Below, piece by piece: positions 12,372 through 25,935 of a DNA stretch of 64,000 bases. A model generated the notes under the pieces. It ran no database searches. It saw only the letters and a list, made by a program, of their open reading frames with translations, and was not told where the DNA came from. This DNA comes from Malacoraja senta (lineage: Eukaryota). The position numbers and the translations under genes were made by a program. How positions within the stretch are numbered: the stretch's first letter is position 1; each line of letters opens with the position of its first letter. The DNA is taken from the NCBI GenBank assembly GCA_038087875.1, contig CM075989.1, positions 5,890,001 to 5,954,000 on the forward strand. The letters run 5' to 3'.

Positions 12372-12929
12372 AGGGGCTATCCCACTTGGGCGACCTAATT
12401 GGCAAGTTTAGAAGAGTTTAAAAAAATGACATGTAGAAGACCTCCTTCGACCTCCTTCGACTATGTTGAAGACCAGCTTTGACTAGCTACGACTAGCTAC
12501 GACTAACTTCGGGGAAATTGGACACCGAATAGTGGAGAGTGAAAACGACCTCCTTCGATCTCCTTCGACCTCCCTTCGACCTCCCTTCGACTATGATGAA
12601 GACTATCTACGATTACCTTCGACTACCTTCGACTACCCTCGATGACCTACGACTAACATGCCGACCTACTACGAACTACTACGACTAAACCTACGAGTAA
12701 AAAAAGTACAGTTTTTTCCATGGCGACCTTTTTTTACTCGCGGGCATTTTTTAACAAATTGAAAAAAATGCCACGACCAAGCTGAGGCCTCAAGTACGCG
12801 GAGACCACTCTACAGCATGAAGGAGTTACAAAGACCTCCTACGACCTTGTGTCGACCATGCTGCGAGTATGAGTCGAGGGCAAACTCGCCAGAACTCGCG
12901 GATTAGGTCGCCCAAGTGGGACAAGCCTT
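12372..12929 (+). mobile_element. Harbinger-type MITE, (TACGAC/TTCGAC)-rich subfamily
   Basis: TIRs present; TCA duplicated on both flanks. Confidence 0.9.
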
Positions 12930-13420
12930 TCAGATGACAAGATAACACAGAAACTTGACTACCAATAAAACAAGGTCTTGATTACAGAATGGAGCTCAGA
13001 AACACTTAAATAGGTAACAAACAGAATGAAATCTATATTACTAAAAGTCTGTTCCTGACCACTTCCTGTTGTTCTGTATATTGATTTTTGAAAAAACGCT
13101 GCCACTTACGGCTGTGATTTTTGGCCATCTTACTCAGAGTCCCCCTCTGCTGCGCAGGACAAGAGGATTTTCCCATCGATTAAAAATATAAGAGTTAGTA
13201 GTGTTTAAAAAACGTTGAGATTCTCTCTCCTGAAGGCCACGCCCCTTCCGGAGGGACTATAAAACCCGGAAGTGTTGAGTGCCTCAGTCAGTCTCTGCAA
13301 ATTGGGGGAGCGAGAGGGTCACATCTCTCAGTCTGAGCTGTGAATAACACTGAACACATGTCTACTAAACTGAGTGGTTTTACTGACCTGTCAGTGTCCT
13401 TAATGTGGTTTGAAAATATA

Positions 13421-13600
13421 GTTTGGAAATGCTAAAGCTGTGTTGCCTTTGGTTTGGAAATGCTAAAGCTGTGTTGCCTTTAGTTTGGAAATGCTAAAGC
13501 TGTGTTGCCTTTGGTTTGGAAATGCTAAAGCTGTGTTGCCTAAGGTTTGGAAATGCTAAAGCTGTGTTGCCTAAGGTTTGGAAATGCTAATGCTGTGTTA
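13421..13600 (+). repeat. Minisatellite, 31-32 bp unit, about 6 copies
   Basis: gtttggaaatgctaaagctgtgttgcctttg tandem copies. Confidence 0.95.
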
Positions 13601-13830
13601 CCTAATTAAAGTTGCCTTGCCTAATTAAAGTTGCCTTGCCTAATTAAAGTTGCCTTGCCTAATTAAAGTTGCCTTGACTAATTATAGTTCCCTTGCCTAA
13701 TTAAAGTTGCCTTGACTAATTAAAGTTGCCTTGCCTAATTAAAGTTGCCTTGCCTAATTAAAGTTGCCTTGCCTAATTAAAGCTGCCTTGCCTAATTAAA
13801 GTTGCCTTACCTAATTAAAGTTACCTTGCC
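13601..13830 (+). repeat. Minisatellite, 19 bp unit, about 12 copies
   Basis: cctaattaaagttgccttg tandem copies. Confidence 0.95.
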
Positions 13831-14719
13831 TGCTATATAATTAAAAGTCTAATCTTGACCACATCCTGTTTGCGCTTTATATTGATTTTAGAAAACTATG
13901 CGACCACGTACGGCTGTGATTTTTGGCCATCTTACTCAGAATCCCCCTCTGCTCATCGGGTGCCGAGGATTTTTCCCATCGATGAAAAATAAAAGAGTTA
14001 TTAGTGTTTTAAAAATGTTGAGATTCTCTCTCCTGTCAATCACGCTATGAAGGCCAAGCCCCTTCTGGAGGGAGGGGGGGAGGGACTATAAAATCCAGAA
14101 GTGTGGGTGTGGCTAAGTCTCTGCAAGATGGAGGAGGGAGAGGTCACGACTCGCTGTCTTTAGTGGCCTTGCACCCTGCTTGACATGGTATGAAACTGCA
14201 CTTGAATTTGGTGGCCTTGCACCCTGCATGAAATGGAATTTCAAGGAATAGCCGTGAGTCAACTGCCAGCTCACCAGCCATGAGTGAGTGAGCTGCCAGC
14301 ACAACAGGCTTGAGTGACTGAGCCGCCAGCCCAAGAATCCCTTCGGCCCACAATGTCCATACTAGCCCTCTGGAATCCAGTCCCTTCAGCCCACACACCC
14401 ATACTAGCGCCTACGCCACCCCCCCCCCCCCCCCCACTGGCCACCAATATTGGAATTGGTGGAGAGGTGGAATATTGCATTGGGGGACCAGCCCTCCCAT
14501 GTGATGCTGGGACCCAATGGGTCCCGCTTAGTCTAGTGATTATCTACAAGTCTAACCATTAACAGTAGATCCAATTTTCTGCTACAATGATGGGTGCACG
14601 CTATAACATAATCAATGAAGTTCCTGAAACTTGGGTGTCATCGCTGTGTGCATTCCACGTCTTAACACAATCCACATCCCTGTTTACTAGTCATTAGCCC
14701 TAACTGTTATTTCCCCTAC

Positions 14720-14977
14720 AACAGAAAAACTGGACTGTAGCTAATGCTATGCCGTTATTTGAGAAGGGCAGCAAGGATAAACCGGGGTGCAACGGGCTGG
14801 TGAGTTTGATGTCGGTGGTGGGAAAGTAGTTGAAGGGGTTCTTCGGAACAGGATCTGCCAGCATTTGGACAGGCACGGACTGATTAGGGAAAGTCAGCAT
14901 GACTTTTTGCATGGTAAATCGTGCCTCACCAACCTGATGGAAGAGGTTACTAAGAGGACTGATGAGGGCAAGGCAAT
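14720..14977 (+). mobile_element. CR1 reverse transcriptase N-terminal fragment
   Basis: Encodes GKVVEGVLRNRICQHLDRHGLIRESQHDFLHGKSCLTNL. Confidence 0.85.
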
Positions 14978-15205
14978 GGACAATAGACAATAGACAATAA
15001 ACAATAGGTGCAGGAGTAGGCCATTCGGCCCTTCGAGCCAGCACCGCCATTCAATGTGATCATGGCTGATCATCCCTAATCAATACCCCATTCCTGCCTT
15101 CTCCCCATATCCCCTGACTCCGCTATCTTTAAGAACCCTAACCAGCTCTCTCTTGAAAGTATCCAGAGAACCGGCCTCCACCGCCCTCTGAGGCAGCGAA
15201 TTCCA
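14978..15205 (-). mobile_element. CR1-type LINE 3' end
   Basis: (gacaata)n reverse tail and 3' UTR. Confidence 0.85.
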
Positions 15206-15582
15206 TATGGACATTGTCTATGTGCCTCAGAAGGCTGTGGAGGCCAAGTCAGTGGATATTTTTAAGGCAGAGATGTTACAATAGCTTAATAGTTGTGGTA
15301 TTGTGGAAATAATTAAAGAAGCTTAGGTCAGGGAGTGGATATTTCAATGGACATTTTTAAAGCACAGATAGATAGATTTTACTTCGGAGTCACGTGAGTG
15401 ACTACGTGAAGAACCCCGCCAGTGCGCCTGCACGTCATTACGTCAGACGCCTTGTCGCAAACGGACGTGAGGAGCAGAGCTCCTCAGTGGATTTGTAGTT
15501 TTTTAACTACAAGGTAAGTAAAAACTTGTTTTGTATTTTTTCATGTCCGTTTACTGTGGGTCTGTGGGGATTTCTTCCACAG

Positions 15583-16611
15583 ATGCCATGGGAAAAAACG
15601 GGCAGGGGGAAGAGGCGAGCGACACAGCCGACAGAAAGTCGGGAAAGTCGGGAGTCTGCGGGTAGCGACCAACCGCCTCTAATACCCCGGTACAGTCATC
15701 AGCGGTGAAGCATAGCGACTGTGGACCTGGGGCAGTCAACGCCTGTCGGGCGCAAGTCCAAGTCCGAATTGAAACGGGCCACGGAGGAGGAGTCCCAGGA
15801 AATGGAAGCTCCAGGGCTAGATACTGCTTTTAAAGCATATTGCCCAAATGGAAAACCTGCTACATAGGCTGTTGGAGCAAAGTACACTCAGGTAAGAGTG
15901 TACTGAAATCAAAGCTGCTGGAAGCAGCTCAACAGCTCCTGGTTCAGGGCTGATAAAATGCACCCTCAGGGATGAGGAGCGTGCCACGGGTCATGAGATT
16001 TCAGACCCCGATTCTGACGGTGAGGCTGTACAAGGCGAAGAACGGCAGCTGCCAGGTTCCATCCCTGGCAGTACGATTCGCTGCCCCGTCAGAGTCAGGA
16101 GAGCCATTAGAAGAGAATTGGCCTCCCTAATAAATTACTTGGTTTCCCATCAGATGGAACAGCAGGAAATGGATGAGAATGCAAGAAAATATGAGTTGAG
16201 TATGATTATGAGAACTCAAGAATTGAAATGGCAGAGAATATTAAAGCTGCTGGAATCAGGAATAACTGCTTTGCCAGAATAGCAGATAAAAGCCAAGAGA
16301 TGACGGAGTTGCATCAGAAAGCACTGGGGTTGCTATGCAGCACCCACTTCGAGATCAATTGTCCAAGGAAAGGTGCTATACGGCCTATTATGAATCCGAA
16401 ATTCGCAGCACTCTGCAAACCAAGTAATGTACAATTACCCAACTTACTCTTTGGAGAGGATCTCGAGAGATGTGTTAAAGAGTTGGAAGATGAAGCGAAA
16501 ACAGGATTGATGAAAACATCAATGGTTGTAAAGTCTGTAAAGAGGAATATCCTTTCAGACGTCATACGGATCCTGGACAGGACCAAGTCGCTCATTAATG
16601 CAGGGACGTAG
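15583..16611 (+). pseudogene. DIRS gag-like ORF, disrupted
   Basis: IRPIMNPKFAALCK...LLFGEDL motif typical of DIRS ORF1; stops and frameshifts upstream. Confidence 0.7.
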
Positions 16612-16699
16612 CTGGCGGCCTGCAGCGGGAGCAAGAACCAGTGAGGGTGCTTCCGAGAGAATCCAGGAATCTCAGAGTACTCAAATGACTCAAGAGGTA

Positions 16700-18243
16700 G
16701 GTGGACCTGGTTCTCATGGGAACATACTAACTGGATTAAGTCCAAAAATTGGAGGCAGATTATGTCTCTTCTATAAACAATTGGAAGATTACTTCAGATG
16801 TGGTAATTCTGAATAGTATACAAGGATTTTGAATTGAATTCAATCCAAATTAGGATTTGCCTGTCCAGCATGTTCCTAGCAGAATTCTCCACTTCTTCGG
16901 CATGGACTTGAAAGGCCGAGATGGCCTGTTTTCCTGCTGTAATTGTCATATGGTTTGCACAAAAAGAAGTGATGGAGGTTCAAGCTGCGTTTCAAACCCT
17001 ATATATAAAAGGTGTTATTGAAGAATCAGTCTACCAAATTCACCAATTTGTGTTAAATATATTCCCTCGATCATAAAAGGATCGAGGATGTGGGATTATT
17101 CTAGACTTGACAAGTCTGAATCCTTTTGTTTAATTTAAACATTTTAAAAAGAGACATTTGTGACTGCCAAACAACTTATTTCAGAAGCATGTCGTATGGC
17201 AACTATAGATTTAAAAGATACATATTCAGTATCTTAAATTTACATGGATGAACCAGTTATGGCAGTTCAAAGCTTTGCCTAATGGGTTAACGTCCGCTCC
17301 CAGAATATTCACAAAATTATTAAAACCAATTCTGGGGTTGCTAAGAAGCCAGGGGCATGTACTAATGGCATATTTTGGATGATGTCCTGATTATAGGAAG
17401 GACAAAACAGTCAACAGAAGCATCTGTGGCAGTTGTGAAATCAACTTTTGAAAGTTTGGGGTTTCTAATTCATCCAAAGGAATCAAGGTTAACACCATGT
17501 ACCTCGATTGATTATTTGGGGTTCACAATTGATTCAGTCCAAATGAAAATTACTTTGCCCAGTGAAAAAAGGGTGGAGTTGATTAAAGATTGCAGTAATC
17601 TGGTAAACGAGCAAAAACCCTCAATCAGACAGGTGGCTCGAGTACTGGGAAAATTAGTAGCAGCATTCCCAGCAGTCCAATTCGGACCATTACATTATCA
17701 ACAGCTGAAGAGAGTTAAAGAACAGGCACTGAGAATGCATGTTGGTCATTTTGATAGAACCATGCAACTGACAACAAATGCTGTTTCTGATCTGCAGTGG
17801 TGGATTCTACATGTCTCAAGCAGTTCCAGCAGAGTGCTGATTGAACAAACCTTCCATGATATTACAAACAGATGCCAGTACACTAGGATGGGGTGAAACT
17901 GACTTTGCATCTAGCTGCGGAGGCAGATGGAATCAGGAAGAATCATTGTTACTGCAGACATGGGCAGTTAACTATTTGGAGTTTTAGGATGTTTCTATGG
18001 ACTCCAAGGTTATTGTTCTAACACAACTAAAAGGCATGTTCAAGTTCAGATTGATAAACACAACCGCAATTGCCTATATTAATGATATGGATGAAATCAA
18101 GTCAGGGTCATGTGACAAATGGCTAATCAACTTTGGTCTGGGTGTATTGAAAAGAATATTTGGATTTCAGCTATCTATCTACCAGGTAGAATGAACACGA
18201 TAGCAGACACCAGGTCACGAAAGTTCCATGATAATAAGAATGG
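16700..18243 (+). pseudogene. DIRS reverse transcriptase / RNase H, disrupted
   Basis: IGGRL, WQFKALPNGLTSAPRIFTK, (Y/L)DDVLI, IDYLGFTID, DLQWW, QTDAS..GWG and DN/NTTAIAYIN motifs across frameshifts. Confidence 0.9.
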
Positions 18244-18654
18244 ATGTTTAATCGAGAGGTATTCAATGATATAGTAATCCGATTTGGAATGCCCGACATT
18301 GACTTGTTTACATCTAGACTGAATCATCAGCTATCGAGATATGTCTCATGTGAATCAGATCCAGGAGCATTGGCGATTGATTCTTTCTCGCTCCATTGGA
18401 GTGGTATGTTGTCATATATATTTCCACTTTTCTGCCTTATAAGCCAGTGTTTGCTTAAAGTTAGGCAAGATGCTGATTCAGTTGTATTGGTAATACCAGA
18501 TTGGCACACACAGCCATGGTATCCGTTGATATTAGAATTAACAACACAAATGTTGATGAAAGTCCTAAAAAGGAGTAATTTATTGCTGCACCCTGTAACA
18601 GGGAAACAACATCCATTATATGATCGTTTTGGATTTGTTGATTTGCAGGTTTAA
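18244..18654 (+). pseudogene. DIRS adenine-methyltransferase-like domain
   Basis: PDIDLFTSRLN...AIDSFSLHW...YIFPLF...VIPDWHTQPWYP. Confidence 0.85.
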
Positions 18655-19634
18655 GAAGGCCTTTTCTGGGGCGAGGACTGTCTGAGCGTACTGTGGACAT
18701 GCTTATGGCAGCCTGGAGGAAGAGCACTCAAAAAAAACCAGTACCTTTCTTATATTAAGAAATGGGAAAAGTTCTGTGTACAAAAGAATTTGCAATATAG
18801 TACTGCAGATATTTCAAATGTTTAGAAAATCTGTCAAAACTCTATTATGATGAAGGTCTGAGTTGTAGTGCAATTAATTCAGCCATAAGTGAATTGCCCT
18901 CATATTTGGTTCTGGATTCAGAAATAAACCCAATTGGGTCAAACCCAATTCTTTCCAGACTAATGAAAGGAATCTTTAATTCCAAACCACCGAAACCTAG
19001 GTACATGACAATCTGGGATGTAAGTGTGGTACTGAAACTACTTCGTGAATGGTCACCAAGTGTGTCTTTACCTTTGGTCAAGCTCAGGATGAAAGTATTC
19101 ATGCTTATGGCATGAGTGACAGCACAACGAGTGCAAACACTTGGAAAATTACAAATAGACACTATGGAAGTAACTGAAGACAAGGTTACATTCTATATCT
19201 ATGACCTATTAAAGCAAATTAGGCCAGGTGTGACAGGATTTAAAATTATGCTAGCAGCATATCCAAATATCCAAATGATCCTTGTCTCTGTGTTAAGACA
19301 TATTTGTTACAATACATTGAGGTCACAAAGAATTTAAGAAATACGGAAACTGGGTTGTTGATCTCACACACAAGAAACCACACAAGAGAGTTTCAATACA
19401 GACTATTTCATGATGGATAAAAGAAGTCATAACAGCTGCTGGTATTAACACTTATGTTTTTACGTCTCACTCGACTAGGGCAGCAGAAGAGTCGGCGACC
19501 ACGGCATAAGACGTCCCCGTCGACCATATCCTCGCAGCCGCCGGATGGTCCAATAGTTGATGTTTCAACATTTTTACCATCGGCCTATTGTTAATGCGGG
19601 ATTGTGTGCAGAAACTATTTTAAGTTCTGTGTAA
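18647..19634 (+). pseudogene. DIRS tyrosine recombinase, disrupted
   Basis: PPKPRY..IWDV, AQRVQTL, FTSHSTRAA, AAGWS, FQHFYHRP (R...HxxR...W...Y). Confidence 0.9.
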
Positions 19635-20145
19635 ATTCCTCTGGGTTAAAGGGGATCTGATTAATTTCATTATTGAAATGAATTACTGCATTTGTGGTAC
19701 AAATGTTATTATGAATGCATGATTGATTATTCTCGTTCCGAGTCAACCGAGTGAGAAGCCGGGATTGATCTATGGCATGAAATCACAAAGCTTTAAAATC
19801 TTCACGTAGTCACTCACGTGACTCCGAAGTAAAATAGTAAGATTAAACGAGAACTTACCTAGGTTTGAAGTTTGATCTTTATTTTATGAGGAGTTACGTA
19901 GGTGATTACGTGCCCGCCACGACCCTACCCTCTATCATAAAGGTCAGATGGAAGTTCTTGTATTACTCGTTTTATTATGAGACTATATTACTTCGGTTGT
20001 TGTTTTTTTGTGATTTCACACCGCTGCTTTGAAGATTGACGCGCAGGCGCACTGGCGGGGTTCTTCACGTAATCACCTACGTAACTCCTCATAAAATAAA
20101 GATCAAACTTCAAACCTAGGTAATTTCTCGTTTAATCTTACTATT

Positions 20146-20290
20146 CTTGATTAGTACAGCTGCCATGGGTTAGGGGGAGAAGGCAAGAGTATGGGGTTAG
20201 GAGGGAGAGATATCAGCCATGATTGAATGGTGGAGTAGACTTGATGCGCCGGATGGCCTAATACTACTCCTATTCCTTATGACCTTATAT
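20146..20290 (+). mobile_element. CR1 tail, continuation of 15222-15378
   Basis: gatagatagATT|cttgattagtacag is restored on removing the DIRS element. Confidence 0.85.
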
Positions 20291-20582
20291 GCTCCTACTC
20301 CCTTGCAATGGGTGCCAGTGGGCCATCGCATCCCATCTTACAGATGCAAGTAAGGAGGTGGGATCTAGGTGAGCTCCGGGCTGTGCTCTGAATTATAACT
20401 GGGCCTCAGGCAGTACTGGCCAAGGGCCCAGAGCCAAAACACTCCTGCAGCCTTTGTCTGCAAGACTTTTCTTGATGGTAAAGTTCTTGCTGAAATGTAA
20501 AATTGCAATAAATAATTTAATGGAAGAGAAAATGTTAAATATTTCAATACCAATAAAGTTAACTTAAACACATCAAGTACAA

Positions 20583-20885
20583 GTGGCAGAGCGGTAGAGT
20601 TGCTGCCTTACAGCGCCAGAGACCCGGGTTCGATCCTGACTACAGGTGCTTGTCTGTACGGAGTTTGTACGTTCTCCCCGTGACCTGCATGGGTTTTCTC
20701 CGAGATCTTCGGTTTCCTCCCACACTCCAAATGACGGAGAGGTTTGTAGGTTAATTTGCTTGGTATAAATTTAAATTGTCCTTAGTGTGTGTGGGATAGT
20801 GTTTGTGTGCGGGGATCGCTGGTCGGTGCGGACTCGGTGGGCTGAAGGGCCTATTTCCACACTGTATCTATAAACAAAACTAAAC
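20583..20885 (+). mobile_element. V-SINE
   Basis: Near full-length copy. Confidence 0.9.
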
Positions 20886-20956
20886 TTGTTAGGCATTTCA
20901 AGATCCCACGAACAGCAAAACCAAGTTTCCTGCCTTTCGTGTTACAGTAACATACG

Positions 20957-21203
20957 GTGACTATGGGTGCTGTCTGAATGGAGTTTGTACGTCTTCGTGT
21001 GACCGCGTGGGTTTTCTCCGGATGCTCTAGTTTCTTCCCACACTGCAAAAATATACAGGTTTGTAGGTTAATTTGCGTTGGTAAAGATTTTAATTTGCCC
21101 CTAGTGTATAGGATAGTGTTAGTGTACGGGGATCGCTGGTTGGCACGGACTCAGTGGGCCGAAGGGCCTGTTTTCACGCTGTATTTCTAAACCAAACTAA
21201 ACT
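20957..21203 (+). mobile_element. V-SINE, 5'-truncated
   Basis: V-domain and tail. Confidence 0.85.
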
Positions 21204-21245
21204 ACTTATCTGCTTCTTTTGAGTCTGCGGTTTGGGTGACGTCTG

Positions 21246-23178
<1,933 letters not shown>

Positions 23179-23427
23179 TAGTCCCATGTATTGCTTGGAA
23201 TTTTTTTGATCAACATCAAATTATTTTGCTTTTAAGTCTTAGATGCAAATATTATGCACATGATATAAATGGCAGCAGAGTGGTGCAGTTGGTAGAGCTG
23301 GTGCCTAACATTTGGGTTAGATTCTGACCTGGGATGCTGGCTGGCAGGAGCAGACCCTGGCCATTCCTAGTCCGCAGGTCTCTATTGATTAGTGTGTGGT
23401 TTAATGAACCTAAAGGGGGAAGAGATA

Positions 23428-23655
23428 CAGTGTGGGAAGGAACCGCAGATGCTGGTTTTCACCAAAGATAGACACAAAGTGCTGGAGTAACTCAGCGGGT
23501 CAGGTGGCATCTCTGGAGAAAAGGAATAGGTGACGTTTCCGGTTGAGAGACCAAAGCCCTGAAGAAGGGTCTCGACCCGAAAAGTCACCTATTCCTTTTC
23601 TCCAAAGCTGCTCCCTGACCCGTTGGGTTACTCCAGCATTTTGTGTCTATCTTCA
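23428..23655. mobile_element. Penelope-derived fold-back element
   Basis: Inverted arms around ctgaagaagggtctcgacccgaaaagtcacc. Confidence 0.8.
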
Positions 23656-23687
23656 GGGAAGGAAAACACATCTCTGATCTTCAAAGG

Positions 23688-23980
23688 CCAGCACAGTGGC
23701 TCAGCGATCGAGTTGCTGCCTTACAGCGCCAGAGATCCAGGTTCGATCCTGCCTACGGGTGCTGTCTGTACAGAGTTTGTATGTTCTCCCTGTGACCCGT
23801 TTTCTCCGAGATCTTCGGTCTCCTCCCACACTCCAAAGACGCACAGGTTTGTAGGTTAATTGGCTTGGTATAAATGTAAATTGTCCCTAGTGTGGTTAAT
23901 GTGCGGAGATCGCTGGTTGGTGCAGACTCAGTGGGCCGAAGAGCCTGTTTCTGCGCTATATCTCTAAACTAAACTAAACT
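23688..23980 (+). mobile_element. V-SINE
   Basis: Full copy with (ctaaa)n tail. Confidence 0.9.
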
Positions 23981-24059
23981 TTTAAAACAAAACTAAAATC
24001 AAAAGGGTTAACCAGGGACCAGAGATTACAAAATAGATTGACATTTCATGCATGTTTTA

Positions 24060-24328
24060 AGGCCCTGTCCCGCTTTCACGACCTAATTCATGACCTTTTT
24101 TATTCGTGGACATTTTTCATCATGTTGAAAAAACGCCCCGACCTACTTGATGCCACGAGTACCTACGACTAGCATCACGACCTACCTACGACCTCCCTAC
24201 GACCTCCCTACGACCTCCTACGACCTCCTACAACGTCCTACGACCTTGTGACGACCAGGCTGCGAGTATGAGTCAAGGGCAAACTCGGCAGAGGTCGTGA
24301 ATTAGGTCGTGAAAGTGGGACAGGCCCT
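24060..24328 (+). mobile_element. Harbinger-type MITE, short form
   Basis: TIR with TAA flanks; internal (tacgacctcc)n. Confidence 0.85.
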
Positions 24329-24761
24329 TAACTATATGTGCCTGCCTGTGACAAACAACTGATGAAAAGCCAAGCGCATTATTGTGAGTTAAATATTTCC
24401 AGAAAGATTTATGCCATGTACAAATGATAAGGGAATTTAGGATTCTGAAACAGAAAGCTAATTCCTCCATTTTACAATTAGCATTTGAAAGCCGATTATC
24501 TCCTTTCCCTCAGCTCTTTTGTGCAAGTTGAAATTAAATGTAGAACTGACTCTGAACTGACACACACCCGTAAGGACTTAAATGGCCAATTAATTGAGTA
24601 GGAATTATAAAAATGTGATAAGCATTACATCATTCTTCATTGCATTTCTGCTGCAGGGTTTCTCTCCTGATCAGTGCATTATCTGTAGGCCCCCACAACA
24701 CTCTTTGAGTCACACACACACACCAGCACCAACGCATACACAAGTAAATACACACAAACAT

Positions 24762-25240
24762 GGGCACAGTGGCACAGTGGTCGAGTTGCTGCCTTACAGC
24801 GCCAGAGACCCTGGTTCGATCCTGACTACGGGTACTGTCTGAACGGAGTTTGCATGTTCTCCCTGCAGGAGCTCCTGTTTCCTCCCACACTCCAAAGATG
24901 TACAGGTTTTTAGGTCCTCAAGCTATGCCTACTTTGAAGAAGTTCTCCTCCTCTCTCCGAAGACAGTTTAACAACCTCCTCTCTCCCTGCCCCCCCTCTG
25001 TAGCTCCATAGATGCTGCCTCACCTGCTGAGTTTCTCCAGCATTTTTGTCTACCTTCGATTTTCCCGCATCTGCAGTTCCTTCTTAAACAGATTTTTAGT
25101 TTAATTGGCCTCGTATAGAAGTAAATTGTCCCGAGTGTGTGTAGGATAGTGTTACTGTGGTGTTGATCACTGGTTGGCGTGGACTAGTTGGGCCGAAGAG
25201 CCTGTTTCTGCTCTGTATCTCTAAACTAAACTAAACTAAA
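24762..25240 (+). mobile_element. V-SINE interrupted by a Penelope-tailed insert (24916-25087)
   Basis: acag(g/a)tttttag(g/t)t duplicated around the insert. Confidence 0.8.
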
Positions 25241-25469
25241 TCACATACCTGAATGCATGCAGCTGACACAAGTACACACAAACATACATACACATACAAA
25301 TTTGTACATATATACACATATGCATGCATGTACACCAAGCACTTACATAAGTTCATGTCCAAGGACCTGACGTAGGCCACTCGAGCTTCTGTACCACATC
25401 CCCAGGGGCAACCATCCACAAAACTACCACGGAGGGTGTTCTTTAACCCTCCGCATATCTCAAGTCAAG

Positions 25470-25935
25470 TCACACCCTGGCCACTCCCTCTTCTCCCCTC
25501 TCCCATCAGGCAAAAAATATAGAAGTGTGAAAACGCACACACCTCCAGATTCAGGGACAGTTTCTTCCCAGCTGTTATCTGGCAACTGAACCATCCCACC
25601 ACAACCAGAGCGCAGTCCTGAACTGCTATCTTCCTCATTAGTGACCCCTCGGACTATCCTTGAACGGACTTTGCTGGCGTTATCTTGCACTAAACGTTAT
25701 TCCCTTATTATGTATCAGTACACTGTAAATGGCTCGACTGTAATCATGTATTGTCATGTAATTCAAGTTCTATTCGATAATATGTCTTTGAAATGCCTTG
25801 GGATACGTTAATACATGAACGGGAAAAAGGAATGTATTGATTTTCTGCTGACTGGTTAGCACGCAACAAAGCTTTTCACTGTACCGCTGTGCACGTGACA
25901 ATAAACTAAACTGAACGGGACTAATAAACTAAACT
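25470..25935 (+). mobile_element. Rex1/Babar-type LINE 3' end
   Basis: Encodes HPGHSLFSPLPSGKKYRSVKTH...RFRDSFFPAVI; gtgacaataaactaaac tail. Confidence 0.85.

Larger units (their letters stand above)
13032..14536 (+). mobile_element. Non-autonomous Helitron
   Basis: A|TCTATATTACTAAAAG start; GGGACCC-AAT-GGGTCCC hairpin at 14509-14525; CTAG|T end; no TSD. Confidence 0.85.
15376..20145 (+). mobile_element. DIRS1-like tyrosine-recombinase retrotransposon, full length but decayed
   Basis: 35-bp inverted repeats 15403-15437 / 20037-20071; ICR 19799-19912; gag-RT-RNaseH-MTase-YR remnants; ATT at both ends inside a CR1 tail. Confidence 0.95.

Noticed and set aside
13421..13830. CRISPR-like repeat array
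   Set aside because: Contiguous tandem units with no spacers and no cas genes, in a eukaryotic Helitron context
18647..19634. Prophage or bacterial integrase contamination
   Set aside because: The recombinase sits within DIRS architecture and is flanked by vertebrate repeats
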